This document shows positions 10,184 through 20,252 of a stretch of 64,000 bases of DNA, piece after piece. Numbering within the stretch: position 1 is the stretch's first letter; each line of letters begins with the position of its first letter. A program made the translations under genes and the position numbers. The notes beneath the pieces were generated by a model. The model searched no databases. It was not told where the DNA came from and saw nothing but the letters and a program-made list of their open reading frames with translations. The stretch lies in assembly GCA_040830765.1 (NCBI GenBank), contig JBFOMH010000004.1, positions 160,001-224,000 on the forward strand, in the 5' to 3' direction. Source of the stretch: Puniceicoccaceae bacterium (GTDB lineage Bacteria; Verrucomicrobiota; Verrucomicrobiia; Opitutales; Oceanipulchritudinaceae).

Positions 10184-10786
10184 ATGTCGGGATTTGATGA
10201 GAACATTGTCCGGGAGTACTTTGAGCTGCATGGCTTCCTGGTGCGGCAAGTTCGGAAGTACCAGGTGCAATCCCGCCGCAAGCTGGCCGAAGAGGAAATC
10301 GACCTCATTGTCTATAACCCGAAATTTGCCCCCGGGGGCCGCGAGCCGGATTTCAATATTTTTGCCTCGGAGTTGCCCTACATCCACCGGGCGGTAGTGG
10401 TGGTCAAGGCCTGGCACACGACCCACCGCTTCACCCCGAACCTGCTCAAGAGCAGCTCCGAGATATTCAAGTTTCTTGAGAAAAGTGTGACCAAGACCAT
10501 CGAAAAGAGTTTTGCCGATACCGAGGAGGTTGGGGGGCCGGATTTGAAGCGGATCCTTGTGCTCCCGGGCATCCCGACGGCCGAACCCTACCGGACGGAG
10601 TGTACAGACCTCCTCAAGGAAAAAGGGGTCGACGGGATCATCAGCTTCCGGGCCATGTTGCTCGACATCATCCAGAAAGTAGAGGTCAACCGCAGTTACC
10701 AGAAGAGTGAGTTTCTGCAGATTCTCCGTGTATTGAAAAATTACGACCTCGTGAAGGATTCCCAGATGGGGCTTTTCAAGGACTAA
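10184..10786 (+). CDS. hypothetical protein, possible PD-(D/E)xK nuclease-like fold
   Basis: 200-aa ORF with normal codon style; 'E..VREYF...GF', 'EIDLIV', 'VVVVK' pattern. Confidence 0.7.
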   Translation: MSGFDENIVREYFELHGFLVRQVRKYQVQSRRKLAEEEIDLIVYNPKFAPGGREPDFNIFASELPYIHRAVVVVKAWHTTHRFTPNLLKSSSEIFKFLEKSVTKTIEKSFADTEEVGGPDLKRILVLPGIPTAEPYRTECTDLLKEKGVDGIISFRAMLLDIIQKVEVNRSYQKSEFLQILRVLKNYDLVKDSQMGLFKD

Positions 10787-10809
10787 GGACTAAGGACGAA
10801 AGACGAAGG
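10780..10809 (+). repeat. heptamer tandem repeat (RGACNAA x4)
   Basis: GGACTAA GGACTAA GGACGAA AGACGAA. Confidence 0.75.
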
Positions 10810-10810
10810 T

Positions 10811-11605
10811 ATGCCAAACCACCCGACAGCGGTTATTCATGAAGCCACCCGTATTCCCGACGATGTGACCATCGGGGCTTATTCCGTCATTGAGGACGGG
10901 GTGGAAATCGGTTCGGGATGCATCATCCGCGAGCATGCCATTATCCGGAGCGGAACGATCCTCGGCCAGCGCTGCATTGTCGATGCCCACGCTGTCATCG
11001 GCGGCTTGCCACAGGACTTTTCCTTCAACCCGGCAACACCCTCAGGTGTGCGGATAGGCGACAATGTGACCATCCGGGAAGGTGTCACCATCAACCGGGC
11101 CACAGCCGAGGGCCAGTTTACCGAGGTTGGGGACGGGTGCATGCTAATGGCCAACAGCCATCTCGGGCACGACTGCAAGGTTGGGAGCAACGTTATCCTG
11201 GCCAACAATGTCATGTTGGCCGGCAAGGTGTCGGTGGGCGACTTTACCTTCATTGGTGGTGGCGCGGGGATTCACCAGTTTTGCCGAATCGGCCAGTCAG
11301 TCATGGTCAGTGGCCTGTCTCGTGTCAGCCAGGATATCCCGCCCTTCTGTATGATGGCTGAGCGAAATGAACTGATCGGACTGAACCTGGTGGGATTGAA
11401 GCGCCGGGGTATCGAACGGGAGGCCATCAAGGAGCTGAAGAAGCTTTATCACCTGGTTTACAGCGTGGAGGGTCGACCCAGGGTCCTTGCTGAAGGGGCC
11501 CTCAAGGATGGTATGGCCAAGTCCGACACTGGGTGCCAATTCCTTGAATTCATGACCGGCGAGAGCAGCAAGGGCGTCATGCGCCCACGCAAGGAAGGGC
11601 AGTGA
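10811..11605 (+). CDS. lpxA: acyl-ACP--UDP-N-acetylglucosamine O-acyltransferase
   Basis: Hexapeptide repeats, 'GGLPQD', 'IREGVTINRAT', 'HLGHDC', 'HQFCRIG'. Confidence 0.93.
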   Translation: MPNHPTAVIHEATRIPDDVTIGAYSVIEDGVEIGSGCIIREHAIIRSGTILGQRCIVDAHAVIGGLPQDFSFNPATPSGVRIGDNVTIREGVTINRATAEGQFTEVGDGCMLMANSHLGHDCKVGSNVILANNVMLAGKVSVGDFTFIGGGAGIHQFCRIGQSVMVSGLSRVSQDIPPFCMMAERNELIGLNLVGLKRRGIEREAIKELKKLYHLVYSVEGRPRVLAEGALKDGMAKSDTGCQFLEFMTGESSKGVMRPRKEGQ

Positions 11606-12540
11606 TGGCCTCTATTAAGCCGATTGCCCTGACCTGTGGGGACCCGGCGGGTGTCGGGCCGGAAATTATTGCCCGCTGGATCGATGAAAACCCAAAGTGG
11701 CGCAACCGGGTCTGGCCCATCGGGGAGGAAAACTGGCTTGATGCCCTTGGCTGCAGGGGAACCTTATGCGAGTGTGCCCGGGATCCGGCTATTCCCGGCA
11801 AACCGACCGCCAATGGCTCGAGGATCGCCTGGGAGGCCCTGACCGTTGCCGCCAAGGGGTGTAAGGAGGGCCAGTTTTCAGCAGTGGTGACGGCGCCTGT
11901 GAGCAAGGAACACTTGCAGGCCATCGGCTATCCCTTCCCCGGCCAGACGGAATTTTTCGCGGATGCCTGGGGCGGCACGCCTTCCATGGCTTTTGCCGGG
12001 CGTGAACTCAAAGTCGTCCTAGCCACCTGGCACATTCCTCTGGCTTCCGTAGCAGGGCAGTTGGCCAAGGATCCCGGCCTGCTCGACCGAGCTGTCGAGC
12101 AAGCGGGCGAGTGGGCCAAACTGGAGGGCATCAATAAGCCCCGGATTGCCGTCTGCGGACTCAATCCCCATGCCGGGGAGGGCGGATTAATGGGCACGGA
12201 GGAAAAGGATATCCTAAACCCGAGGCTGGCAAAGCTGCGCCAACGCTACCCGGGTCTCTCGGATTGCCTGCCAGCGGACACAGTCTTCCACCGCCAGCGT
12301 GAGGGCGAGTTCGACTTTGTCGTGGCCCTTTACCACGATCAGGCACTGATCCCGGTCAAGACACTGGAATTCCACCGGGCCGTTAACGTCACCCTCGGCC
12401 TGAAGCATATCCGGACCAGCCCGGACCATGGGACAGCCTTTGACATCGCGGGCAAGGGACTCGCGGAAACGGGAAGTTTCAGTCATGCCGTGGAGCTGGC
12501 ATGGCGGTATGCCCGGTTGCGGGCCGACCTTGAAACTTGA
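11602..12540 (+). CDS. pdxA: 4-hydroxythreonine-4-phosphate dehydrogenase
   Basis: 'GDPAGVGPEI', 'LNPHAGEGG', 'YHDQ', 'RTSPDHGTAFDIAG'. Confidence 0.93.
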   Translation: MMASIKPIALTCGDPAGVGPEIIARWIDENPKWRNRVWPIGEENWLDALGCRGTLCECARDPAIPGKPTANGSRIAWEALTVAAKGCKEGQFSAVVTAPVSKEHLQAIGYPFPGQTEFFADAWGGTPSMAFAGRELKVVLATWHIPLASVAGQLAKDPGLLDRAVEQAGEWAKLEGINKPRIAVCGLNPHAGEGGLMGTEEKDILNPRLAKLRQRYPGLSDCLPADTVFHRQREGEFDFVVALYHDQALIPVKTLEFHRAVNVTLGLKHIRTSPDHGTAFDIAGKGLAETGSFSHAVELAWRYARLRADLET

Positions 12541-12565
12541 GCAAATCCTCCTAACTTAATGGTTA

Positions 12566-12940
12566 ATGGAAAATACAACCGCAGATCTTCCTGAAGGGGT
12601 TCGCCTCGTCGATGACCGGCTGGTCAAGGTGACCGATGCTGCTGCCCGGAAACTGCAATCCCTGCAGGAGCGGGAACAGGAAGGCGAATATCTACGGGTC
12701 CGTGTGACTGGAGGCGGCTGTAGCGGATTGGCCTACAAATTGAAGTTTGTCGGTCAGCCGAAGGCCGGGGATCTCCTCGTGCGAAGCAAGGGAGCGGCGA
12801 TCCTGATTGACACCAAGAGTGCCCTTTATCTCAAGGGAATGACCTTGGATTATTCCGACAAGCTGGTTGCCGGGGGCTTCAAGTTCAATAATCCCAATGC
12901 CAAGGCCAGCTGTTCCTGCGGGGAAAGCTTTGCCGTTTAG
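12566..12940 (+). CDS. HesB/IscA-family Fe-S assembly accessory protein
   Basis: 'GGGCSGLAY', 'NPNAKASCSCGESF'. Confidence 0.92.
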   Translation: MENTTADLPEGVRLVDDRLVKVTDAAARKLQSLQEREQEGEYLRVRVTGGGCSGLAYKLKFVGQPKAGDLLVRSKGAAILIDTKSALYLKGMTLDYSDKLVAGGFKFNNPNAKASCSCGESFAV

Positions 12941-14304
12941 GCGTACCGGGACCGCGCCTCGACAATTTCCGGAGCCCTGGCCTCCGAGCGTAGTGCCAAC
13001 CATCGCAAGTGGCCGGATGCCAGGCAGTAGCTTCCGGTTGGCCATGGACCCTTGTTGACCTGTTTGTGAAGGTGCCAGGGTGTTTTGCTTTTCTCAAAAC
13101 CCGGGAAGCGATCCCCTTCGGTTGCCCACCCAAGAATTCTTGGTTCCGGGCTGAGTAGAAACTGGCACCACTGGCGAATCACGGGAGGCATGGGAACCGG
13201 CAAATGCAGGCCGCGGGTCATTTTGGCATAATCCCTGACGAATCCGGCCGCCGCAGCCAGGATGGCTTCCGCCCCGGGGCCCTTGAAGGAAGCAGTCATG
13301 ATGAGCTCCATCGCTGGAAGAAGCAGCTCCGACGGGACGTCAAAGGGCAGCTCAAGGATGCAATCACCGCGTTTCGCCCCCGGGACCGACAACAGGGAAG
13401 TGGCCCCCTCGCTGGAATGAAAAATGGAGTAGCGGTTTCCGGATACACCAAGGGCCTCAATTTCAGGAAGCCATGGCCAGTAGGCCTGGACGGATTTGGC
13501 CAGCTTGGTCAGGAAATTCCGACCCGTCCCATGAAAGGATACCGGCAACACCTTGCCGGCCAGGGACTGGAAGAGCACGACGAGGGTCGGCCCGATTAGG
13601 CGATAGCCGAGAAGATGTTCCAGGAAGGCGTCTTCCTCGACCGGACGGGCCGATTGATCCTCGAGGTCCTTTTGCAGGAGACCATGAACCAGCTGTGCAG
13701 CGAGTTGTCCTTCTCCGGCATAGGCGTCTTTGCGCATGAACCTCTTTTCAGTCTGAAAATACAGGGCACTTTCCCCGGGTAACGCCTGGTCGCCAATAAG
13801 GACCCGCTGGACCTTGTCAGGGCCGGGTGAGGGCTTGGTCAGCTCATAGCCGTTCTTTTCCTTCAGCAGCGTATGAAACGTGTCAGTAAAGGGACCGAGA
13901 TGGGGAACGGTGACATTCAACCCCTCGACTAGTGCCTTGTGATAGATATCGAGGGCCCAGGCGTTGGGATAGGACATGTCCATCCAGGCCTCCAGCTCAA
14001 AGCTGTAGAGCACTTGCCGGTCATCGAGCCATTCAGGTCGCTTGGTACAGCAGGCATCGATCTTTTCAAGGATGGTGGATCCCCGCATCCCTTGCTCCGC
14101 CGTTTCCCGTACTTCCGCAAATCCGGTGTACTTGAGGTCATCCCGTTGACGAAGCCGTTGCTCGACAAGCTGGAAAATGGAATCCGTGCGCAGCAGGCGA
14201 AAATGGACGATATCACAAATGGATAACTCCAATGTTCCGGCTTTCCTTACCTCCGGGTGGGCCAGCAACGCATCGATGCTCTTGAATGATACCGACTCCT
14301 CCAT
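12937..14304 (-). CDS. hypothetical protein (455 aa)
   Basis: Long ATG-started ORF filling the gap; no confident family. Confidence 0.7.
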   Translation of the reverse strand: MEESVSFKSIDALLAHPEVRKAGTLELSICDIVHFRLLRTDSIFQLVEQRLRQRDDLKYTGFAEVRETAEQGMRGSTILEKIDACCTKRPEWLDDRQVLYSFELEAWMDMSYPNAWALDIYHKALVEGLNVTVPHLGPFTDTFHTLLKEKNGYELTKPSPGPDKVQRVLIGDQALPGESALYFQTEKRFMRKDAYAGEGQLAAQLVHGLLQKDLEDQSARPVEEDAFLEHLLGYRLIGPTLVVLFQSLAGKVLPVSFHGTGRNFLTKLAKSVQAYWPWLPEIEALGVSGNRYSIFHSSEGATSLLSVPGAKRGDCILELPFDVPSELLLPAMELIMTASFKGPGAEAILAAAAGFVRDYAKMTRGLHLPVPMPPVIRQWCQFLLSPEPRILGWATEGDRFPGFEKSKTPWHLHKQVNKGPWPTGSYCLASGHLRWLALRSEARAPEIVEARSRYA

Positions 14305-14357
14305 GAAAGACTGTCTAGTCAGCCCTAGAGTCGATGTTGCGTCAAGCTGCTAGCGGA

Positions 14358-15188
14358 TCAACCGCGCGGGGGTCCGCTGCGGATGGACTGCTGGATTTTC
14401 TCCATAACCTCGGGGGGCGGAGGTGGGGGAAGTTCGGTCGGGGGCGGGGGGATATCAATTTCCGATAAATTGGGCGGGGGTGTCGGGGGCGGGGAGTCTG
14501 GCGGGGGCGGAGGGGAGTAATCGGGACTGCCCGATGCATTCACACCACCGGATACGCCTGAGCGCCCCTGGATGGCCTGGGCCCGGCGGGCGGCCGCTTC
14601 CTCGCGCAATTTCTCAAGCCATGCTGGCGGGGGAGCCGAGTTTGTTGATGTGGGACTCGTGGATGAGCCCGGTCGTGTTGTCGGGCGGATGGTTCTGCGA
14701 ACCGGCGTGGGGGTTCCCTGTTGGGACTGCTGGGCAGATGCCGTTTTAATTTGCCCACTGACCGGCATGGGGGTCGGATTGGCAGCCAGTTCTGTCAGCT
14801 GCAGTTGCTTTTCCGAATTATTGAAAAACAGGGTCAATGTCTCTGATTCGGGATCAAATCGCCGGACTTCGTAACTATCCGATGATTCTCCCAGTTCCAC
14901 CCAATCACCATCGTTTGAGCGCGGTTCGCTAACGAGAAAGCGGTATTTGTCCCCGATGCGGTAGAATCCCTTGAACTCATAGCTGTTGGCAACGGACTTG
15001 GCTGCCGCGGCCCGGCTGTTGCCGGGAGGGGTGAAGTCCGGCGGGATAAACGGGGACCGCTCCATGATACTGGGCTCGGCACTGGAGACTCCGGCCATAT
15101 CCTGACCTTCCAGAGCGGGCGTGACCAGCCAGCCAGCCACTAAGGCGGCGACCAGCGGTGTCCGTGAAAGTTGCATGAATCTCTTCAA
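14358..15188 (-). CDS. secreted proline-rich hypothetical protein
   Basis: Signal-peptide-like N-terminus, small beta domain, poly-Pro C-terminus; start could be 15176. Confidence 0.75.
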   Translation of the reverse strand: MKRFMQLSRTPLVAALVAGWLVTPALEGQDMAGVSSAEPSIMERSPFIPPDFTPPGNSRAAAAKSVANSYEFKGFYRIGDKYRFLVSEPRSNDGDWVELGESSDSYEVRRFDPESETLTLFFNNSEKQLQLTELAANPTPMPVSGQIKTASAQQSQQGTPTPVRRTIRPTTRPGSSTSPTSTNSAPPPAWLEKLREEAAARRAQAIQGRSGVSGGVNASGSPDYSPPPPPDSPPPTPPPNLSEIDIPPPPTELPPPPPPEVMEKIQQSIRSGPPRG

Positions 15189-15304
15189 AACGAAACCAGA
15201 ATAACGGGGTTAATGCTTGAACAGAATGGTTAGACACCGATTGCCAGTCAAAGTTGCAACTTGATTCGGCCCTTTCCGGCGGTCATACCCACTTCATAAA
15301 CAAG

Positions 15305-16735
15305 ATGGCTTCACCTCAGATCAAAGTCCAGTCCGTTGACAAGGTTTATCGCATCTGGTCCCACCCGAGGGCGCGTCTTACTGGCTCCCTGGCCGGAAAA
15401 CTGGCCGCAGCGCGGGGGTGTCCCTCATTTTTGAAACGCACGGCCGCCGCCTACAGCCAATCGGTCTACAAGGAATTCTTTGCCCTCAAGAATGTCAGTT
15501 TTGAAGTCAAAAAGGGTGAAACGGTTGGAATCATTGGCCGGAATGGTTCCGGGAAGTCCACCACGCTGAAAATCATTGCCGGGACCCTGCGACCAACCCG
15601 CGGAAACGTCTCGGTACATGGCCGTATTGCGGCCATGCTGGAGCTGGCATCAGGATTTGAACACGATTTCACCGGACGGGAGAATGTCTTTCTGAGTGCC
15701 TCCATCCTCGGGCTGACGCGCCAGGAGACCGAGGAGCGCTTCGAGGAAATAGCCCGCTTTGCGGACATCGGGGACTTTCTCGACCAGCCGGTAAAGACCT
15801 ACAGCAGCGGCATGCTGGTGCGGCTGGCCTTTGCAGTCCATACGACAATTGATCCGGAGATCCTGATCATCGATGAGGCCCTGTCCGTGGGGGATGAGAC
15901 CTTCCGTCGCAAATGTTTTGCCCGGCTCGACAAGCTGAAGGAAAAGGGCACAACGATCCTCTTTGTCTCCCACGATTTGGGCTCAGTTGTTAATTTGACC
16001 GAACGGGCCCTTTTCTTTCATCAGGGAGAAGTCGTCATGGAAGGGTCTCCAAAGGTGGTAACTGCTGAATATCAACGGTTTTGCCACCTTGCCAAAACCC
16101 AGGCGGAACAGGTGATTTTCAACCTAAAAGCGGCCAAGGCTGGCGCAGAGATACCTCCCGAGACCGCAGCGGAGGAGACTGAAGACACCAAGGAGGGCAA
16201 GGTTAAGCAAAAGGCCGAGGAAAATTTACAAATTGTCGGCCAGTATGATCCCGATTTCCTTTCCGAGAGCCGGGTCGACTATCCCACCCATGGTGGGCAG
16301 ATTTTCGATTTAAAGCTCTACGATGACGAGGGCCAGCCGGCCAATATTCTCGATCGGCGGACCTTTTACACTTTTGAGTACAAGGTCCGGTTTGAAAAAG
16401 GGTGCGAGGACGTGACCTTCGCCATGCTCATCAAGACCTTCAAGGGACATGAGCTTGGCGGCAGTCGTACCTTACCGTGGGATGCCTTTATCAAGCGGGT
16501 GGAGGCCGGTACCTGTTACCGGATCCGTTTCCGCTTCCAAACGCTGGTAATTCCCGGGGTCTACTTCCTCAATGCCGGGGTGGAAGGCCTGATTGAAGGC
16601 AAGCGGGCCTATGTCCACCGGATTATGGACGCCATGGTCTTCCGGGTAATCCGGGAACCTGACATGATGCCTACCGGAACAGTGGACTTTCTCATTGAGC
16701 CGCAAATGGAGGTCATAAAGGATACTGGACAATGA
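15305..16735 (+). CDS. wzt: polysaccharide ABC exporter ATP-binding protein with C-terminal Wzt_C (carbohydrate-binding) domain
   Basis: 'GRNGSGKST', 'TYSSGM..RLAF', 'IIDEALSVGD', extended C-terminal domain; ATG at 15305 preferred to TTG at 15254. Confidence 0.88.
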   Translation: MASPQIKVQSVDKVYRIWSHPRARLTGSLAGKLAAARGCPSFLKRTAAAYSQSVYKEFFALKNVSFEVKKGETVGIIGRNGSGKSTTLKIIAGTLRPTRGNVSVHGRIAAMLELASGFEHDFTGRENVFLSASILGLTRQETEERFEEIARFADIGDFLDQPVKTYSSGMLVRLAFAVHTTIDPEILIIDEALSVGDETFRRKCFARLDKLKEKGTTILFVSHDLGSVVNLTERALFFHQGEVVMEGSPKVVTAEYQRFCHLAKTQAEQVIFNLKAAKAGAEIPPETAAEETEDTKEGKVKQKAEENLQIVGQYDPDFLSESRVDYPTHGGQIFDLKLYDDEGQPANILDRRTFYTFEYKVRFEKGCEDVTFAMLIKTFKGHELGGSRTLPWDAFIKRVEAGTCYRIRFRFQTLVIPGVYFLNAGVEGLIEGKRAYVHRIMDAMVFRVIREPDMMPTGTVDFLIEPQMEVIKDTGQ

Positions 16736-17964
16736 GCGAGCAACCGGACCAACCCATCCTGATCCTCGGGATGCACCGCAGCGGGACATCGTTTCTGGCC
16801 AACCTGATGCAATCCCTGGGGGTATTTATCGGGGATGATCTTGTCGGGTCCCAAAAGGGTAATCCGCGCGGCCATTTTGAGGCCCGGCCGATGCTGGAAT
16901 TCCACCAGCGACTGATCGCTGCCCGGTGCGGGGATGCAAGAAAGGCCTTTGATGAGGATATGCTGGTCCAGGAATCCCTGTCCCAGGAACTGACCGCGGA
17001 AGAGAAGGCAGAAGCGATGGACCTTATCGGAGCGATGCGCCGGGAAGGACCATGGGGCTGGAAGGAGCCGCGGACCTGCCTCTTTCTCCATACGTGGCTG
17101 GAATTATTGCCCCAGTCTCGCCTGTTGATGGTCTACCGGCACCCACTTGAGGTGCAGCAATCCATGCTACGGCGCTCCCATTGGGACTTGGCCCTCTTCC
17201 CGGACCAGGCGATGCAGTCCTATGCCGTCCATAACCAGGCCCTGCTGGAGAAGGCGGATGAGGCATTTGTCTTCAACGCAAATGCCGGTTTCGGCGACCT
17301 GCCACACCTTGCCGAAGAACTTGCCAGCCACTTTGACCTTACGAAGCCGGAAAAGCTCCCGGAATTTCACCAGAAAGAGTTCCAGACGCTGGGCATCAGC
17401 CGGGCCATGCACGAACTCTTCTCCCTGTTCCAGCCTGAAGCCGCCGCCGTTTTTGATCAGCTTCAGGAGAAAGCTGCTATCCCCTATAAGTGGGCTGGGC
17501 GAGACGATGATGGGGCATTAGAAGAGCTGTCCGGCACATTATCCTCCCTGCTGGAGGGACTGCCGGCAGCTGGACGGGCCTTCTTCATGCCGGTGTTGGA
17601 CTGGTGGGCCAGCGGCAGGGACGGGGCCATTCTGGATCACTATACACAATTGGCCTCCGACATCGGGGACCACATCCGTCAAGTCAAGGAATGGAACGAG
17701 GAGGCCGCGGTCATTTTCGAGGAAAACAAGCGATTGGCCGCTGATTACGAAAAGATGGGGACGGAATTTGCCCAGCAACAGGAGTTCCTCGCCAAACAAG
17801 CAACAACGCAGGCCAAGGTTTGGAACGAATTGAAGCAGACCGGAGACAGCTGGAAGGAACAGCGGGAGTACATCAAGAGTGTCCACAAGGAAAGGGAGCA
17901 CCTCCTTGAGCAAATCGAAGAGTTGAAGAAGAAACTGGCCTCAAAGGAGACGTCCGGGGAATGA
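16732..17964 (+). CDS. sulfotransferase-family protein with C-terminal coiled coil
   Basis: PAPS loop 'GMHRSGTS', 'WGWKEPR', 'YRHPLEV..S'; E/Q/K-rich helical tail. Confidence 0.82.
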   Translation: MSEQPDQPILILGMHRSGTSFLANLMQSLGVFIGDDLVGSQKGNPRGHFEARPMLEFHQRLIAARCGDARKAFDEDMLVQESLSQELTAEEKAEAMDLIGAMRREGPWGWKEPRTCLFLHTWLELLPQSRLLMVYRHPLEVQQSMLRRSHWDLALFPDQAMQSYAVHNQALLEKADEAFVFNANAGFGDLPHLAEELASHFDLTKPEKLPEFHQKEFQTLGISRAMHELFSLFQPEAAAVFDQLQEKAAIPYKWAGRDDDGALEELSGTLSSLLEGLPAAGRAFFMPVLDWWASGRDGAILDHYTQLASDIGDHIRQVKEWNEEAAVIFEENKRLAADYEKMGTEFAQQQEFLAKQATTQAKVWNELKQTGDSWKEQREYIKSVHKEREHLLEQIEELKKKLASKETSGE

Positions 17965-20252
17965 AAATCTGGCTGCTGACATCCGAGACGCCCCTTTACA
18001 ATCCGGGCGGCATCGCGCGTTATGTTGATAACTTCGCCCGTTATCTTTCCGCGGCTGGTCACGAGGTCACTGTCTTTGGACGCGACGACACGGAACGGAG
18101 CCAGGAAATCCTGCCCGGATATACCTATGTCTCTGTTGTCCCGCGCTGGGATCGCTGCGGTGAGACCTGTGATAGTCCCCGACCGGATGATCATCCAGCC
18201 TTTCCCTACAACATTCTCGATTACTGGGGAGCCTTCAGCTACCAGATGGCGGAAACCGTCACTCGACAAATATCGGAACAAGGTCCCCCGGATGTCATTG
18301 AGTCCCAGGAGTACTGTGCCCTGCCGTATTATCTCCTTCAGCAAAAACTGACTGCAGACGGCCCCTTGCGCGACATTCCGGTTGTCGTCAATGCCCACTC
18401 ACCCGATTTTCTGATCCGTGCCTGCAACGAGGAACCGCGGTATCAATTTCCTCACTACTGGACGGGACGGCTCGAGATGGCCTGCCTGCATGCGGCCGAT
18501 GCGATCATTTGTCCCAGTGGATACCTGACCCGGCAACTGGAGGAAATGTTTGGAGGCAGCATCGAGGTATCTCATTTTCCCCTTCCGTGGACGGAACCAG
18601 GTGAACCGGTGGCAATTCCTGAAACCGTAACCGGAAAGGTGGTTTACTTCGGCCGACTTGAAGTCCGGAAAGGGACCCTGAAACTTCTGCAGGAATGTGA
18701 CCGCCTCTGGGATGAGGGATTGGATTTCCAGTTGCACCTGATCGGATCCGATACCCGTTACTACCCGAGGGATTGCACAGTAGGGGAGTGGCTGCAGCGC
18801 AAATACACACGTTGGCTTGAGGCCGGTAAACTGGTTATCCACGGGCAAATGGACCATGCGGAGGTGATGGAGGAGATCCGTAGCGCCGCCTTCACGATCA
18901 TCCCCAGCACCTGGGAGAACTGGCCCAATACCTGTATCGAGGCCATGTCACTGGGCAAGGTGGTTGTCGGATCAACGGATGGCGGTCAGGCTGAAATGAT
19001 CGGCGATGACGAAAGCTGTGGTTTTGTCTTTTCCTGGACCGATGAAGACGGTTTTGCAACCGCCTTCAAAAAGGCCCTTGAGCTCGATCCCGGGCAGCGC
19101 TCCCTCATGGGTGAAAACGCCAGGCAACGCATCGCAGGCTTGTGTTCCCCCGATGTGGTTTTACCCACACGACTGGCTCATTTTGAATCCTTGAAAGGAT
19201 ATCCGGCAAAGGAGCGCTTCCCGTTTGTTAACCGGCACCTGCGTGATTCACGCGCAAAGGCAGATTGGCAGGACATATCCGAAGCGGCCAACCGGGTATC
19301 GATCATCATACCTCACTACAACCTCGGCCAATATCTTGAGGCAGCGGTCGACTCAGCCGTTAATGCCGAGTGGCCGGACAAGGAGATCATTGTTATCGAC
19401 GATGGGAGCAATGAGGAATCGAGCCAGGAGGTTTTGGAAAAATTGGCCGGACAGGACATCCCGGGCCTTCGGATACATCGGCAGAGAAACAGCGGACTTG
19501 CCTCTGCCCGGAACAAGGGTGCGGAGCTGGCTACGGGCGAGTTTCTTCTCCTCCTTGACGCGGATGACCAGATTGAGCCCACCTTTATCAGGAAGTGCGT
19601 GGATGTGCTTCGACGCTACGACAATGTCCACATTGTGTATTCATGGGAACGCTACATCGAGGCAAGCCATGACATCTACCCCTGCTGGAATTTTGAATTT
19701 CCCTACCTCCTGGGCCATAACATGACCTGCCCCATCAGCGTCCTCTACCGGAAGAGCTATCTCACTTATGGCCCGTCAAAGCCCATGATGGCCTATAACT
19801 TTGAGGACTTTGAGCTGTGGATTAACCTGGTCAAGAACGGGTGTGGTGGTGTCGCCCTGACGGAGCCCCTCAGCCTCTACCGCATCCGGGAAAATTCGAT
19901 GTGGCAGGGAAGCCCACGCGAACAGCACCTTTATCTTCAGGACCTGATTGCCGAGGAGCACCCGGATCTCTACCAGCGCTATGGTGCCGAGCTGTTTTGC
20001 CTGCTTAATGCCAACGGGTCCTCCCAGAAATGGATCAAGCCCTCTGCCAACAGCCCGTTTGATGAATACGAGCAGTGGAGTCGGCGCCGGATCACTAACC
20101 TGGAAAAGGAAGCCCGCAAATGGTGGGAGCGCACGGTGGAGACAGAAAAGAAACTCCAGCAGTCCGAGGAGGAAAAACACGCAGTCTGGCTGGAGAAAAA
20201 CCGGCTTGATGAGGCACTGCAGCAGCAGGACGAAGGGAAGTCTCCGTCATGA
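17961..20252 (+). CDS. bifunctional glycosyltransferase GT4-GT2 with coiled-coil tail (paralog 1)
   Basis: GT4 'GRLEVRKG...PSTWENWP..CIEAM'; GT2 'IIIPHYN..IDDGS..LDADD'. Confidence 0.88.
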   Translation: MKIWLLTSETPLYNPGGIARYVDNFARYLSAAGHEVTVFGRDDTERSQEILPGYTYVSVVPRWDRCGETCDSPRPDDHPAFPYNILDYWGAFSYQMAETVTRQISEQGPPDVIESQEYCALPYYLLQQKLTADGPLRDIPVVVNAHSPDFLIRACNEEPRYQFPHYWTGRLEMACLHAADAIICPSGYLTRQLEEMFGGSIEVSHFPLPWTEPGEPVAIPETVTGKVVYFGRLEVRKGTLKLLQECDRLWDEGLDFQLHLIGSDTRYYPRDCTVGEWLQRKYTRWLEAGKLVIHGQMDHAEVMEEIRSAAFTIIPSTWENWPNTCIEAMSLGKVVVGSTDGGQAEMIGDDESCGFVFSWTDEDGFATAFKKALELDPGQRSLMGENARQRIAGLCSPDVVLPTRLAHFESLKGYPAKERFPFVNRHLRDSRAKADWQDISEAANRVSIIIPHYNLGQYLEAAVDSAVNAEWPDKEIIVIDDGSNEESSQEVLEKLAGQDIPGLRIHRQRNSGLASARNKGAELATGEFLLLLDADDQIEPTFIRKCVDVLRRYDNVHIVYSWERYIEASHDIYPCWNFEFPYLLGHNMTCPISVLYRKSYLTYGPSKPMMAYNFEDFELWINLVKNGCGGVALTEPLSLYRIRENSMWQGSPREQHLYLQDLIAEEHPDLYQRYGAELFCLLNANGSSQKWIKPSANSPFDEYEQWSRRRITNLEKEARKWWERTVETEKKLQQSEEEKHAVWLEKNRLDEALQQQDEGKSPS

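Noticed and set aside
14400..14520. G-rich repetitive tract (possible G-quadruplex or array)
   Set aside because: Fully explained by poly-proline codons on the minus strand.
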